Source: Centroscyllium fabricii
Lineage: Eukaryota
Reading direction: 5' to 3'
Length of the DNA: 64,000 nt
NCBI GenBank assembly: GCA_051313645.2
Contig: JBNRSN020000002.1
Coordinates: 525,512,001 to 525,576,000, forward strand
This document shows, piece by piece, positions 9,669 to 24,239 of the stretch. The notes under the pieces were generated by a model that was not told the origin of the DNA, did not search any database, and worked only from the letters and a program-made list of their open reading frames with translations. Positions within the stretch are counted from its first letter, which is position 1. The number at the start of each line of letters is the position of its first letter. The translations under genes and the position numbers were made by a program.

Positions 9669-11786
9669 AAGGCTGTTCACAGCCTTGGTGTCCTATTTGA
9701 CACTGAGCTGAGCTTCTGACCTCTTTAGGGATCCAATGAGACCTCCCTCCACTGACACCTCCCGCCACTGAACTCTCCTCCACTGAGACCAGGCTCCACT
9801 GAGACCGTCCAACTCTGAGACCACCCTCCACTGAGATCTTAATTACTGAGACATACCTCCAGTGAGACAACTCTCCAGTAAGACCACCCTCCACTGAGAC
9901 CTCCATCCAGTGAGACCATCCTCCAATGAGAAAACTCTCCACTGAGAACACCCTCCAATGAGACCACACACCACTGAGACCACCCTCCACTGAGACTGCC
10001 CTCCACTGAGACTGCCCTCCACTCAAACCACTCTCCACTGAGACCGCCATCCAGAGACCACTCCCCACTGAGACAAACCTCCACTGAATTTGTCATCCAA
10101 TGAGACCACCATCCGCTGACACCGCCCACCACAGAGCCAACCCTCCACTGATACAACCCTCCACTGAGTCTGTCATCCACTGAGACCACCCTACACTGAG
10201 ATAACCCACCACTGAGACAGTCCACAACTGGGACGGTCCTCAAATTAGACTGACCTCCACTGATTCCGTCATCCACTAAGACCACCCTCCACTGAGACCA
10301 CCCTCCAATGAGACTGCCCTCAACTGCGACCACCCACCACTGATACCACCCTCCACTGAGACCACTCTCCACTGATACCACCCTACACAGAGTCCACCCC
10401 CCACTGAGACCATCATCCACTGTGATGCTCCTCCACAGAGCCCACCCTCCACTGATACCACCCTCCACTGATACCACCCTCCACTGAGACCACCCTACAC
10501 AGAGCCCACCCTCCACTGAGACCATCATCCACTGTGATGCTCCTCCACAGAGCCCACCTTCCACTGTGACCACTCACCACTGATACCACCTTCCACTGAG
10601 ACCACCCTCCACAGAGCCCAGCCTCCTCGGAGACCACTCTCCACTGAGACCACCCTCCACTGTGGCACTCCTCCACTGAGACCACCCTCCACTGAGAACA
10701 CCCTCCACTGAGCCCGTCACCCACTGAGACCACCCTCCACTAAGACCTGCCCACCACTGAGACCGTCATCCACTGAGATCACATTCCACTGTGATCAACA
10801 CCCACTGAGACGGCCCTCCACTGAGACCACCCTCTACTGAGTCCGTCACCCACTGAGACCACCCTCCACTGAGACCATCCTCCACTGAGACCACCCTCCA
10901 CTGAGACCACCCTCCACTGAGTCCACCCTCCACTGAGACCATCCTCCACTGAGAACACCCTCCACTGAGAACACCCTCCAGTGACCACTCCCCACTGAGA
11001 CAAACCTCCACTGAATCCGTCATCCAATGTGACCACCCTCCACTGGTACTGCCTTCCAATGAGACACCCTTCACTGACACCACCCTCCACTGAGACCGCC
11101 CTCCACTGAGACCAATCTACACTGAGACCAATCTACACTGAGAAAATGTCCGCTGAGATCACCATCCCCTGAGACCACCCTCCACTGAGAACACCCTCCA
11201 GTGACCACTCCCCACTGAGACAAACCTCCACTGAATCCGTCATCCAATGTGACCACCCTCCACTGGTACTGCCTTCCAATGAGACACCCTTCACTGACAC
11301 CACCCTCCACTGAGACCGCCCTCCACTGAGACCAATCTACACTGAGACCAATCTACACTGAGAAAATGTCCGCTGAGATCACCATCCCCTGAGACCACCC
11401 TCCACTGAGAATGCCCTCCACTGAGACAACCCTACACTGAGACAGTCTACAACTGAGACAGCCTTCAAATTAGACCACCCTCCACTGCATCCGTCATCCA
11501 CTGAGACCACCGCCCTCCACTGAGACCACCCTCCACTTTGACCATCATCCACTGATACAACCCTCCACTGAGACTTCCCTCCACTGAGACATCCCTCAAA
11601 TGAGACCACCCTCCACTGAGACCACCCAACACTGAGACCATCATCCACTGAGACCAACCTCCACTGTGACTGTCATCCACTGAGACCACCCTCCACTGCG
11701 ACCACCCTCCACTGAGACCACGCTCCAATGAGACCGTCATCCACTGAGACCATCATCCACTGTGACCACCCTCCACTGAGACCGAC

Positions 11787-12503
11787 ATTCAATTCAATTC
11801 AAATTGCTGAATTGGCATGACAAGATACATCTTATGTTGCCAAAGCACAGAAAAAGGACTTATACAATTGAACATACAAACGCAGATCAAGACATACAGT
11901 GAATGGACAAATATACTCATGTATACATATATATACCCCCATATAATACTCATATAATCTTTTCTTAGATTCAATGGTCACTGGTTGTCCCTCTGCTTAT
12001 GGCAAGCTGTGACGTAGTTTGCCGTTAATTATATACAGTTCCTCTGTTCCCCCAATAGATATGGGAGTTTTTGGTGGTCGTTCAACTTTTTGAATTCAGG
12101 GCATGTTTTTATGAATTTTGGGTAGAAATTCCCCCTTACGTCCTGATAGTTTTCACAAGTTGTGAAGAAATGCAGCTCTGTCTCCACCACTCCCTGACTG
12201 AAGTGAGAGCACAGCCTTTCCTCTCTGGGCAGCCAGGTCTGTCTTTGTCTGCCTTTTTCGATGGCTAGGTTGTGCTCACTAAGTCTATACATTGTCAGGG
12301 TTTTTCTCAGTTTGCTATCTTTCACCATGGTCAGGTAATCAGCCATGGTGTACGGTCTGTTTAGGGCTAAATAACAATCTAGTTTGTTTTGGGTTTTTGT
12401 CATTTCTGTCCCATATGACAAATACTTTCTCTTTGTTTAGTAACAATTGTGTTGGGTCGAATTCTGTGTGCTAGGATGTCACTGTCCTGGGGCTGTTTAT
12501 ATT
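11787..12503 (-). mobile_element. 3' fragment of an RTE-X-like LINE inserted in the array
   Basis: C-terminal YRLSEHNLAIEKGR..ERLCSH..ETELHFFTTC zinc-finger-like region; 3'UTR gctttggcaac...catgccaat and a (TTGAA)n tail. The clade is assigned from recall. Confidence 0.75.
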
Positions 12504-12997
12504 CACTGAGAATTCCCTCCACTGAGACCACCCTCCACTGAGAACTCCATCCACTGAGTCCACCAACCACTGAGACCATCCTCCACTGAGACCACCCTCC
12601 ACTGAGATCGTCATCCACTGAGACCATCCTCCACTGAGACCACCCTTCACTGAGATCGTCATCCACTGAGACCACCCTCCACTGAGAAAATTCATCCACT
12701 GAGACCAAACTCCACTGAGACCATCATCCATTGAGACCACCCACCATTTCAACCATCATCCACTGAGCCCACCCTCCACTGAGACCACCCTCTACTGAAA
12801 CCACCCTCCACTGAGACCGCCCTCCACTGAGACCACCGTCCACTGAGACCACCATCCACTGAGTCCGTCATCCTCTAAGACCACCCTCCACTGAGACGAA
12901 CCTCCACTGAGACCATCATCCACTGAGACTGCCTTCCACAGAGACCATCCTCTATTGAGACCACCCTCCATTGATAACACCCTCCATTAATACCACC

Positions 12998-13299
12998 CGG
13001 CACGGTGGCATAGTGGTTAGCACTGTTGCCTTACAGCGCTAGGGGCACGGGTTCAAATCCGGCCTCGGGTGACTATCTGTGTGGAGTTTGCACATTCTCC
13101 CCGTGTCTGCGTGGGTTTCCTTCGGGTGCTCCGGTTTCCTCCCACAGTCCAAAGATGTGCGGGTTAGGTTGATTGGCCAGGATAAATTAACCCTTAGATA
13201 TGTGGGGTTACAGGGATAGGGTGGGATATGTGTCGGTGCAGGCTCGATGGGCCGAAATGGCCTCTATCTGCACTGTAGTGATTCTATGATTCTATGATT
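12998..13299 (+). mobile_element. HE1-type V-SINE inserted in the array
   Basis: Near-identical to 3660-3987. Confidence 0.92.
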
Positions 13300-13601
13300 C
13301 CACTGAGGCCACGCTCCACTGAGTCCATCATCCACTGAGCCCACCCTCCACTGAGACAATCATGCACTGAGACCACCTTCCACTGGGACAACACTCCACT
13401 GAGACCGCCCTGTACTGAGACCATTCTCCACTGATACCACCCTCCATTGAGACCACCCTCCACTGAGACCGCCCTGCCCTGAGACCAACCTCCACTGATA
13501 CTACCCTGCACTGAGATCACCCTCCACTGAGACCACACTCCACTGAGACAGCCCTCCACTGTGACGACCCTCCACTGAGTCCCTCATCCACTGAGACCAT
13601 C

Positions 13602-14075
13602 CTGATACTTGGGATGGCAAGAGTGACGTATGGGGAGAGATTGAGTCGATTGGGCTTATACTCACTGGAGTTCAGACGATTAAGAGGGGATCTCATCGAA
13701 ACCTATAAAATTCTGTCAGGCCTGGACAGACTGGATGCAGGAAGGATGTTTCCGATGAAAGGGGAGTCCAGAACCAGGGGCCATAGTCTAAGGATAAGAG
13801 GAAAGCCATTTAGGACTGAGATGAGGAGGAATTTCTTCACCCAGAGAGTGGTGAACCTGTGGAATTCTCTGACACAGAGGGTGGTGGAGGCCGGTTCATT
13901 AAATATATTCAAGAAGGAGTTGGATATATTTCTTCAGGCTGAAATGATCAAGATATATGTGGAGAAGACAGGGACAGGGTACTGAATCTGAAAAATTAGT
14001 CATGATCTAATTGAATGGCAGAGCAGGCTTGAAGGGCCGAATGGCCTACCCCTGCTCCTATCTTCTATGTTTCTA
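13602..14075 (+). mobile_element. CR1 LINE 3' fragment inserted in the array
   Basis: YGERLSRLGLYSLEFRRLRGDLIETYKI..TRGHSLRI..FFTQRVVNLWNSL. The rare array variant ccactgagtccctcatccactgagacca is duplicated at 13572-13599 and 14080-14107, a probable TSD. Confidence 0.93.
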
Positions 14076-17000
14076 ATCACCACTGAGTCCCTCATCCACT
14101 GAGACCACCCTCCACTGTGCCCATCATCCACTGAGATGACCATCCACTGAATCCGCCCTCCACTGAGACCACCCTGCACTGAAACCGCCCTCCACTTAGA
14201 CCACCATCCACTGAGACCATTAGCAACTGAAACCGTCATCCACTGTGACCGCTCACCACTGTGACCGCCCTCCACTGAGACCACACTGCACTGAGACTGC
14301 CATCCACTGAGACAGTCGTCCATTGAGACCAAAATTCACTGAGACCACCCTCCAATAAGACCACCCTCCAATAAGACCACCCTCCAATGAGATCACTCTC
14401 CACTGAGACCACCATCAATTAAGATCACCCTCCACTGACCCCGTCATCAATTGAGATCAACATGCACTGAGACCACCATCCACTGAGATCACCCTCCACT
14501 CAGACCACCCTCCACTGAGCCCACACTCCACTGAGCCCACACTCCACTGAGACCACCCTCCACTGAGCCCACACTCCACTGAGTCCACCCTCCACTGAGG
14601 CCAACCTCCACTGAGACCACCCTCCACTGACACCACCCTCCACTGAGACCATCCACCACTGAGACCATCATCCACTGAGACCATCATCCACTGAGACCAT
14701 CATCCACTGAGATGACCATCCACTGAGTCTGCCCTCCACTGAAATCGCCCTCCACTTAGACCGCCATCCACTGAGTCCGTCATCAACTAAAACCGTCATC
14801 CACTGTGACCGCTCACCACTGTGACCACCCTCCACTGAGACCACACTGTACAGAGACGGCCATCCACTGAGACATTCATCCACTGAGACCAACCTTCATT
14901 GAGACCACCCTCCTCTAAGACCACCCTCCAATAAGACCACCCTCCAATGAGATCACTCTCCACTTAGACCACCATCCACTGAATCCACCCTCCAATGAGA
15001 CCGTCATCGATTGAGAGCAACATGCACTGAGACCACCATCCACTGAGACACCCTCCACTCCGACCACCCTCCACTGAGACTGCTATCCACTGAGCCCACA
15101 CTCCACAGAGAACACCCTCCAATGAGACCACCCTCCACTGATACCACCCTCCACTGAGACCATCCTCCACTGAGACCACCCGCCACTGAGATCACCCTCC
15201 ACTGAGACCACCCTCCACTGAGTCTGTCATCCACAGAGACCACCCTCCACTGAGACTATCCTCCGTTGAGACCACCATCCACTGAGACATCATCCAGTGT
15301 GAACCCCTCCACTGAGACCATCATCTACTGAGCCAACCCTCCCCTGAGACAGTCATCCACTGAGACCACCCTCCACTGAGACCACCCTCCAATGAGACCA
15401 CCCTCCACTGATAACACCCTCCACTGAGACCATCCTCCACTGAGACCACCCTACACTGAGAACACCCTCCACTGAGACCGTCATCCAGCGAGACTCATCC
15501 ACTGAAACCTCCATCCACTGAGACCGACCTCCACTGAGACCACCATCCACTGAGTCCGTCATCCACTAAGCCCACCCTCCACTGAGACCACCCTCCATTG
15601 AGACCACCCTCCACTGAAACAACCCTCCATTGATACCACCCTCCACTGAGACCAACCTCCACTGAGATCATCCTGCACTGAGACCACACTCCACTGAGAC
15701 AGCCCTCCACTGTGACGAACTTCCACTGAGTCCATTATCCACTGAGAGCATCATCCACTGAGATGACCATCCACTGAGTCTTCCCTCCACTGAGACCACT
15801 CTCCACTGAAACTGCCCTCCACATAGATCCCCATCCACTGAGACCATCATCAACTGAAACCGTCATCCACTGTGACCGCTCACCACTGTGACCGCCCTCC
15901 ACTGTGACCACCCTCCAATGAGACCACACTGCACTGATGCCACCATCCACTGAGACCGTTGTCCACTGAGAGCAACCTTCACTGAGACCACCCTCATCTG
16001 AGACCACCCTCCAGTAAGACCACCCTCCGATGAGATAACTCTCCACTGGGACCACCATCCACTGAGACCACCCTCCACTGAGACCGTTATCGATTGAGAT
16101 CAACATGCACTAAGACCACAATCCACTGAGATCACCCTCCACTAAGACCACCCTCCACTGGGACCACCCTCCACTGAGACCATCCTCCACTGAGACTATT
16201 CTCCACTGAGACCACCCTCCACTGGGACCACCCTCCACTGAGACCATCCTCCATAGAGACCACCCTCCACTGAGACCACCCGCCAATGAGACCACTCTCC
16301 ACCGAGGCTGCCCTTCACTGAGACCACCCTCCACTGAGACCACCCGCCAATGAGACCGCTCTCCAACAAGGCTGCAGTTTACTGAGACCACCCTCCACTG
16401 ATACCACCCTGCACTGAGACCACCCTCCACTGATACCACCCTCCACTGAGACCACCCTGCATTGAGACTGCCATCGACTGAGACCACCGTACACTGAGAC
16501 CAATTTCCACTGAGACCACCCTCTACTGAGACCGTCATTCTCTGAATCCGCCCAACACTGAGACCGCACTCCACTGAGATCTTCATCCACTGAGAACACA
16601 CTTCACTGCGACCATCATTCACTGAGACCACCCTCCACTGAAAACAACACTCCACTGAGACCGCCCTCCACTGAGACCATCATCATCTGAGACTGAAATC
16701 CACTGTGACCGCTCACCACTGTCACCACCCTCCACACAGACCACCCTCCACTAAGACAGCCATCCACTGAGACTACCCTCCACCGAGACCATCATTCACT
16801 GAGACCGTTCAACACTGAGATCTTCATCCTTGAGACCACGCTGACCAAGATCATCATCCACTGAGACCACACTCCACTGAGACTGCCCTCTACTGAGACC
16901 GTCATTCACTGAGACAGCCCTCCACTGTGAATACCCTCTACTGAGACCACCCTCCATTGAGATCGACCTCCACTGAGACCACCATCGACAGGGACCATCA

Positions 17001-20000
17001 TTCACTGAGACCACTCAACACTGAGACCGCACTCCACTGAGATCTACATCCTTGAGACCACCCTGACCGAGATCATCATCCACTGAGACCACCCTCCACT
17101 GAGACCACCCTCCACTAAGACCACCCTACACTGAGACCACCCTCCACTGAGACCACCTTCCACTGAGACCACCTTCCACTGAGACCACCCTCCACTGAGA
17201 CCACCCTCCACTGAGACCACCCTCCACTGGCACCGCCCTCCACTGAGATCAGCATCCACTCTGACCGCTCACCACTGTGACCACACTCCACTGAGTCCAC
17301 CATCCACAGAGCCCACCCTCCACTGAGACCACCCGCCACTGAGACAGCCCTCCACAGAGGCCGCCCTCCACTAAGAACAACCTTCACTGAGACCACCGTC
17401 CATTGAGACCAACCTCCACTGAGAACACCCGCCACTGAGACCACCCTCCACTGAGAACACCCTCCACTGAGACCACCCTCCACTGAGACCACCCTCCACT
17501 GTGATCACCCTCCACTGAGACCACCCTCCACTGAGACCACCCTCCACTGAGACCACCCTACACTGAGACCACCCTCCACTGAGACCACCCTCCACTGAGA
17601 TCACCCTCAACTGAGACCACCTTCCACTGAGACCACCCTCCACTGAGACCATCCTCCACTGAGACCGTCATCCACTGAGACCGCCATCCACTGAGAATCC
17701 CCTCCACTGAGACCATCATCAACAGAGACCACCCTCCACTGAGACTATCCTCCAATGAGACTACCATCCACTGAGACCATCATCGACTGAAACTCCACTC
17801 CACTTGGAACACCCGCCACTGAGACCACCCTCCACTGAGACCACCCTACACTGAGAACACCGTCCACTGAGACCACCCTCCACTGAGACCACCATCCACT
17901 GAGCCCACACTCCACTGAGAACACCCTCCACTGAGACCACCTTCCAATGAGACCACCCTCCACTGAGAACACCCTCCACTGAGACCAACCCTCACTGAGT
18001 CTGTCATCCACTGAGACCATCCTCCACTGAGACTGTCATGAACTGTGACCACCCTCTGCTGAGAGCACCTTCCACTGAATCTGTCATCCACTGAGTCCAC
18101 CCTCCACGGAGACCGTCATCCACTGAGACTATCCACCATTGAGACGATCATCCACTGAGACCCCCCTCCACTGAGACTATCCTCTTTTGAGACGGTCATC
18201 CACTGAGACCCCCTTCCACTGATCATCATCTACTGAGACTGCTCTCCACTCTGACCACCCTCCACTGAGACAACCCTTCACTGAGACTGTCATCCACTGA
18301 GACCACACTCCACTGAAACCGTCATCCACAGAGACCAACCTCCACTGATATTACCCTCCATTGAGACCAACCTCCACTGAGACCACCCTCCACTGAGACC
18401 ACCCTCCACTGATACCACCCTCCACTGAGACCACCCTCCACTGAGACCACCCTCCACTGAGACCACCCTTCATTGAGACTGCCATCGACTGAGACCACCG
18501 TACACTGAGACCAATTTCCACTGAGACCACCCTCCACTGAGCCCACCATCCACTGAGACCGCCCTCCACTGAGACCACCCTCCACTGATACCACCCTCCA
18601 CTGAGATCACCCTCCATTGAGACTGCCATCGACTGAGACCACCGTACACTGAGACCAATTTCCACTGAGACCACGCTCCACTGAGCCCACCATCCACTGA
18701 GACCGCCCTCCACTGAGACCACCCTCCACTGATACCACCCTCCACTGAGACCACCCTGCATTGAGACTGCCATCGACTGAGACCACCGTACACTGAGACC
18801 AATTTCCACTGAGACCACCCTCTACTGAGACCGTCATTCTCTGAATCCGCCCAACACTGAGACCGCACTCCACTGAGATCTTCATCCACTGAGAACACAC
18901 TTCACTGCGACCATCATTCACTGAGACCACCCTCCACTGAAAACAACACTCCACTGAGACCGCCCTCCACTGAGACCATCATCATCTGAGACTGAAATCC
19001 ACTGTGACCGCTCACCACTGTCACCACCCTCCACACAGACCACCCTCCACTAAGACAGCCATCCACTGAGACTACCCTCCACCGAGACCATCATTCACTG
19101 AGACCGTTCAACACTGAGATCTTCATCCTTGAGACCACGCTGACCAAGATCATCATCCACTGAGACCACACTCCACTGAGACTGCCCTCTACTGAGACCG
19201 TCATTCACTGAGACAGCCCTCCACTGTGAATACCCTCTACTGAGACCACCCTCCATTGAGATCGACCTCCACTGAGACCACCATCGACAGGGACCATCAT
19301 TCACTGAGACCACTCAACACTGAGACCGCACTCCACTGAGATCTACATCCTTGAGACCACCCTGACCGAGATCATCATCCACTAAGACCACCCTCCACTG
19401 AGACCACCCTCCACTAAGACCACCCTACACTGAGACCACCCTCCACTGAGACCACCTTCCACTGAGACCACCTTCCACTGAGACCACCCTCCACTGAGAC
19501 CACCCTCCACTGAGACCACCCTCCACTGGCACCGCCCTCCACTGAGATCAGCATCCACTCTGACCGCTCACCACTGTGACCACACTCCACTGAGTCCACC
19601 ATCCACAGAGCCCACCCTCCACTGAGACCACCCGCCACTGAGACAGCCCTCCACAGAGGCCGCCCTCCACTAAGAACAACCTTCACTGAGACCACCGTCC
19701 ATTGAGACCAACCTCCACTGAGAACACCCGCCACTGAGACCACCCTCCACTGAGAACACCCTCCACTGAGACCACCCTCCACTGAGACCACCCTCCACTG
19801 TGATCACCCTCCACTGAGACCACCCTCCACTGAGACCACCCTCCACTGAGACCACCCTACACTGAGACCACCCTCCACTGAGACCACCCTCCACTGAGAT
19901 CACCCTCAACTGAGACCACCTTCCACTGAGACCACCCTCCACTGAGACCATCCTCCACTGAGACCGTCATCCACTGAGACCGCCATCCACTGAGAATCCC

Positions 20001-23000
20001 CTCCACTGAGACCATCATCAACAGAGACCACCCTCCACTGAGACTATCCTCCAATGAGACTACCATCCACTGAGACCATCATCGACTGAAACTCCACTCC
20101 ACTTGGAACACCCGCCACTGAGACCACCCTCCACTGAGACCACCCTACACTGAGAACACCGTCCACTGAGACCACCCTCCACTGAGACCACCATCCACTG
20201 AGCCCACACTCCACTGAGAACACCCTCCACTGAGACCACCTTCCAATGAGACCACCCTCCACTGAGAACACCCTCCACTGAGACCAACCCTCACTGAGTC
20301 TGTCATCCACTGAGACCATCCTCCACTGAGACTGTCATGAACTGTGACCACCCTCTGCTGAGAGCACCTTCCACTGAATCTGTCATCCACTGAGTCCACC
20401 CTCCACGGAGACCGTCATCCACTGAGACTATCCACCATTGAGACGATCATCCACTGAGACCCCCCTCCACTGAGACTATCCTCTTTTGAGACGGTCATCC
20501 ACTGAGACCCCCTTCCACTGATCATCATCTACTGAGACTGCTCTCCACTCTGACCACCCTCCACTGAGACAACCCTTCACTGAGACTGTCATCCACTGAG
20601 ACCACACTCCACTGAAACCGTCATCCACAGAGACCAACCTCCACTGATATTACCCTCCATTGAGACCAACCTCCACTGAGACCACCCTCCACTGAGACCA
20701 CCCTCCACTGATACCACCCTCCACTGAGACCACCCTCCACTGAGACCACCCTCCACTGAGACCACCCTTCATTGAGACTGCCATCGACTGAGACCACCGT
20801 ACACTGAGACCAATTTCCACTGAGACCACCCTCCACTGAGCCCACCATCCACTGAGACCGCCCTCCACTGAGACCACCCTCCACTGATACCACCCTCCAC
20901 TGAGATCACCCTCCATTGAGACTGCCATCGACTGAGACCACCGTACACTGAGACCAATTTCCACTGAGACCACGCTCCACTGAGCCCACCATCCACTGAG
21001 ACCGCCCTCCACTGAGACCACCCTCCACTGATACCACCCTCCACTGAGACCACCCTGCATTGAGACTGCCATCGACTGAGACCACCGTACACTGAGACCA
21101 ATTTCCACTGAGACCACCCTCTACTGAGACCATCATTCTCTGAATCCGCCCAACACTGAGACCGCACTCCACTGAGATCTTCATCCACTGAGAACGCACT
21201 TCACTGCGACCATCATTCACTGAGACCACCCTCCACTGAAATCAACACTCCACTGAGATCGCCCTCCACTGAGACCATCATCATCTGAGACTGAAATCCA
21301 CTGTGACCGCTCACCACTGTCACCACCCTCCACACAGACCACCCTCCACTAAGACAGCCATCCACTGAGACCATCATCCACTGAGACCAACCTTCACTGA
21401 GACCACCCTCCACTAAGACCACCCACTAATAAGACCACCCCCCAATGAGATCGCCCTCCACAGAGACCACCCTCCACTGAGACCACCTGCCACTGAGACC
21501 GTCCTCCACTGAGGCCGCCCTTCAATGAGGCTGCCATCCACAGGGACCGTCATCCACTGAGACCAACCTGAACTGAGGCCGCACACCACTGAGACCGTCA
21601 TTCACATAGAACATCATCCACTGAGAAAACCCTCCACTCAGACTGTCATTCACTGAGACCCCCCTGCACTGAGACTGTCATCAACAGAGACCAGCCTCTA
21701 CTGAGTCTATCCTCCAATGAGACAACCATCCACTGAGAAAACCCTCAACTGAGACCGTCATGAACTGTGACCACCCTCTACTGAGAGCACCCTCCACTGA
21801 ATCTGTCATCCACTGTGTCCACCATCCACTGAGACCGCCCTCCACTGAGACCACCCTCCACTGATACCACCCTCCACTGAGACCACCCTCCATTGAGACT
21901 GTCATCGACTGAGACCACCGTACACTGAGACCAATTTCCACTGAGACCACCCTCCACTGAGCCCACCATCCACTGAGACCGCCCTCCACTGAGACCACCC
22001 TCCACTGATACCACCCTCCACTGAGACCACCCTGCATTGAGACTGCCATCGACTGAGACCACCGTACACTGAGACCAATTTCCACTGAGACCACCCTCTA
22101 CTGAGACCATCATTCTCTGAATCCGCCCAACACTGAGACCGCACTCCACTGAGATCTTTATCCACTGAGAACACACTTCACTGCGACCATCATTCACTGA
22201 GACCACCCTCCACTGAGACCATCATCATCTGAGACTGACATCCACTGTGACCACTCACCACTGTCACCACCCTCCACACAGACCACCCTCCACTAAGACA
22301 GCCATCCACTGAGACCATCATCCACTGAGACCAACCTTCACTGAGACCACCCTCCACTAAGACCACCCACTAATAAGACCACCCCCCAATGAGATCACCC
22401 TCCACAGAGACCACCCTCCACTGAGACCACCCGCCACTGAGACCGCCCTCCACTGAGGCCGCCCTTCAATGAGGCTGCCATCCACAGGGACCGTCATCCA
22501 CTGAGACCAACCTGAACTGAGGCCGCACACCACTGAGACCGTCATCCACATAGACCATCATCCACTGAGAAAATCCTCCACTCAGACCATCATTCACTGA
22601 GACCCCCCTCCACTGAGACTGTCATCAACAGAGACCAGCCTCTACTGAGTCTATCCTCCAACGAGACAACCATCCACTGAGACCACCCTGCACTGAGACC
22701 ACCCTCCACTGAGAAAATCCTCCACTGAGAAAACCCTCCACTGAGACCACCCTCCACTGAGAAAAACCTCCATGAGACCACCCTCCACTGAGACAACCCT
22801 CCACTGAGAACACCGTCCACTGAGACCACCATCCACTGAGACCACCCTCCACTGAGCCCACATGCCACTGAGAACACCCTCCACTGAGACCACCTTCCAA
22901 TGAGACCACCCTCCACTGAGAACACCCACCACTGAGGCAACCCTCCACTGAGACTGCTATCCATTAGCCCACGCTCCACTGAGACCACCCTCCACTGAGG

Positions 23001-24239
23001 CCACCCTCCACTGAGCCCACCCTTCACTGAGAACACCCACCAGTGTGACCACCCTCCACTGAGACCAACCCTCACTGAGTCTGGCATCCACTGAGACCAT
23101 CATCCACTGAGACCGTCATGAACTGTGACCACCCTCTGCTGAGAGCATCCTCCACTGAATCTGTCATCCACTGTGTCCACCCTCCACTGAGACCGCCCTC
23201 CACTGAGACTGCCCTCCACTGAGACCCCCCTCCACTGAGACCATCATCCACAGAGACCACCCTCCACTGAGACTATCCTCCATTGAGACGATCATCCACT
23301 GAGACCCCCCTCCACTGAGACCGTCATCTACTGAGACTGCTCTCCACTCTGACCACCCTCCACTCTGACCACCTTCAACTGAGACCATCATCCACTGAGA
23401 ACCCCCTCCACAGAGATCACCCTCCACTGAGACCACTGTCCACTGAGACCAACCTCCACTGAGACCATCCTCCATTGAGACTACCATCCACTGAGACCAT
23501 CATCCACTGAGACCCCCCTCCACTGAGACCGTCATCCACAGAGACCACCCTTCACTGAGACCATCCTCCATTGAGACTACCATCCACTGAGACTATCATC
23601 CACTGAGACGCCCCTCCACTGAGCCCGTCATCTACTGAGGCTGCTCTCCACTCTAACCAACCTCCACTGAGACAACCCTCCACTGAGACTGTCATCCGCT
23701 AAGGCCGTCATCCACTGAGACCACCCTCCACTGAGACCACCCTCCACTGAGACCATCCTCCACTGAGACCACCCTCCACTGAAACTGTCATCCACTGAGA
23801 CCATCATCCACAGAGACCACCCTCTACTGAGACCACACTCCACTGAGACGACCCTGCATTGAGCCCAACCTCCATTGAGACAGCCATCCACTGAGACCAC
23901 CCTCCACTGAACCAACCTCCACTGAAACCACCCTCCACTGAGACCACCATCCACTGAGAACACCCGCAACTGAGACCAGCCTCCACTGAAACTGTCATCC
24001 ATTGAGACCGCCCTACACTGAGACCAACCTCCACTGAGACCACCTTCCAACGGGACAACACTCCACTGACACCGCCCTGCACTGAGACCAACCTCCACTG
24101 ATACCACCCTCCACTGATACCACCCTCCACTGATACCACCCTCCACTGAGACCAACCTCCACTGAGACCAACATCTACTGAGACCACCCTCCACTGAGAC
24201 CACCCTCCACTGAGACCAACCTGCACTGAGATCACCTTC

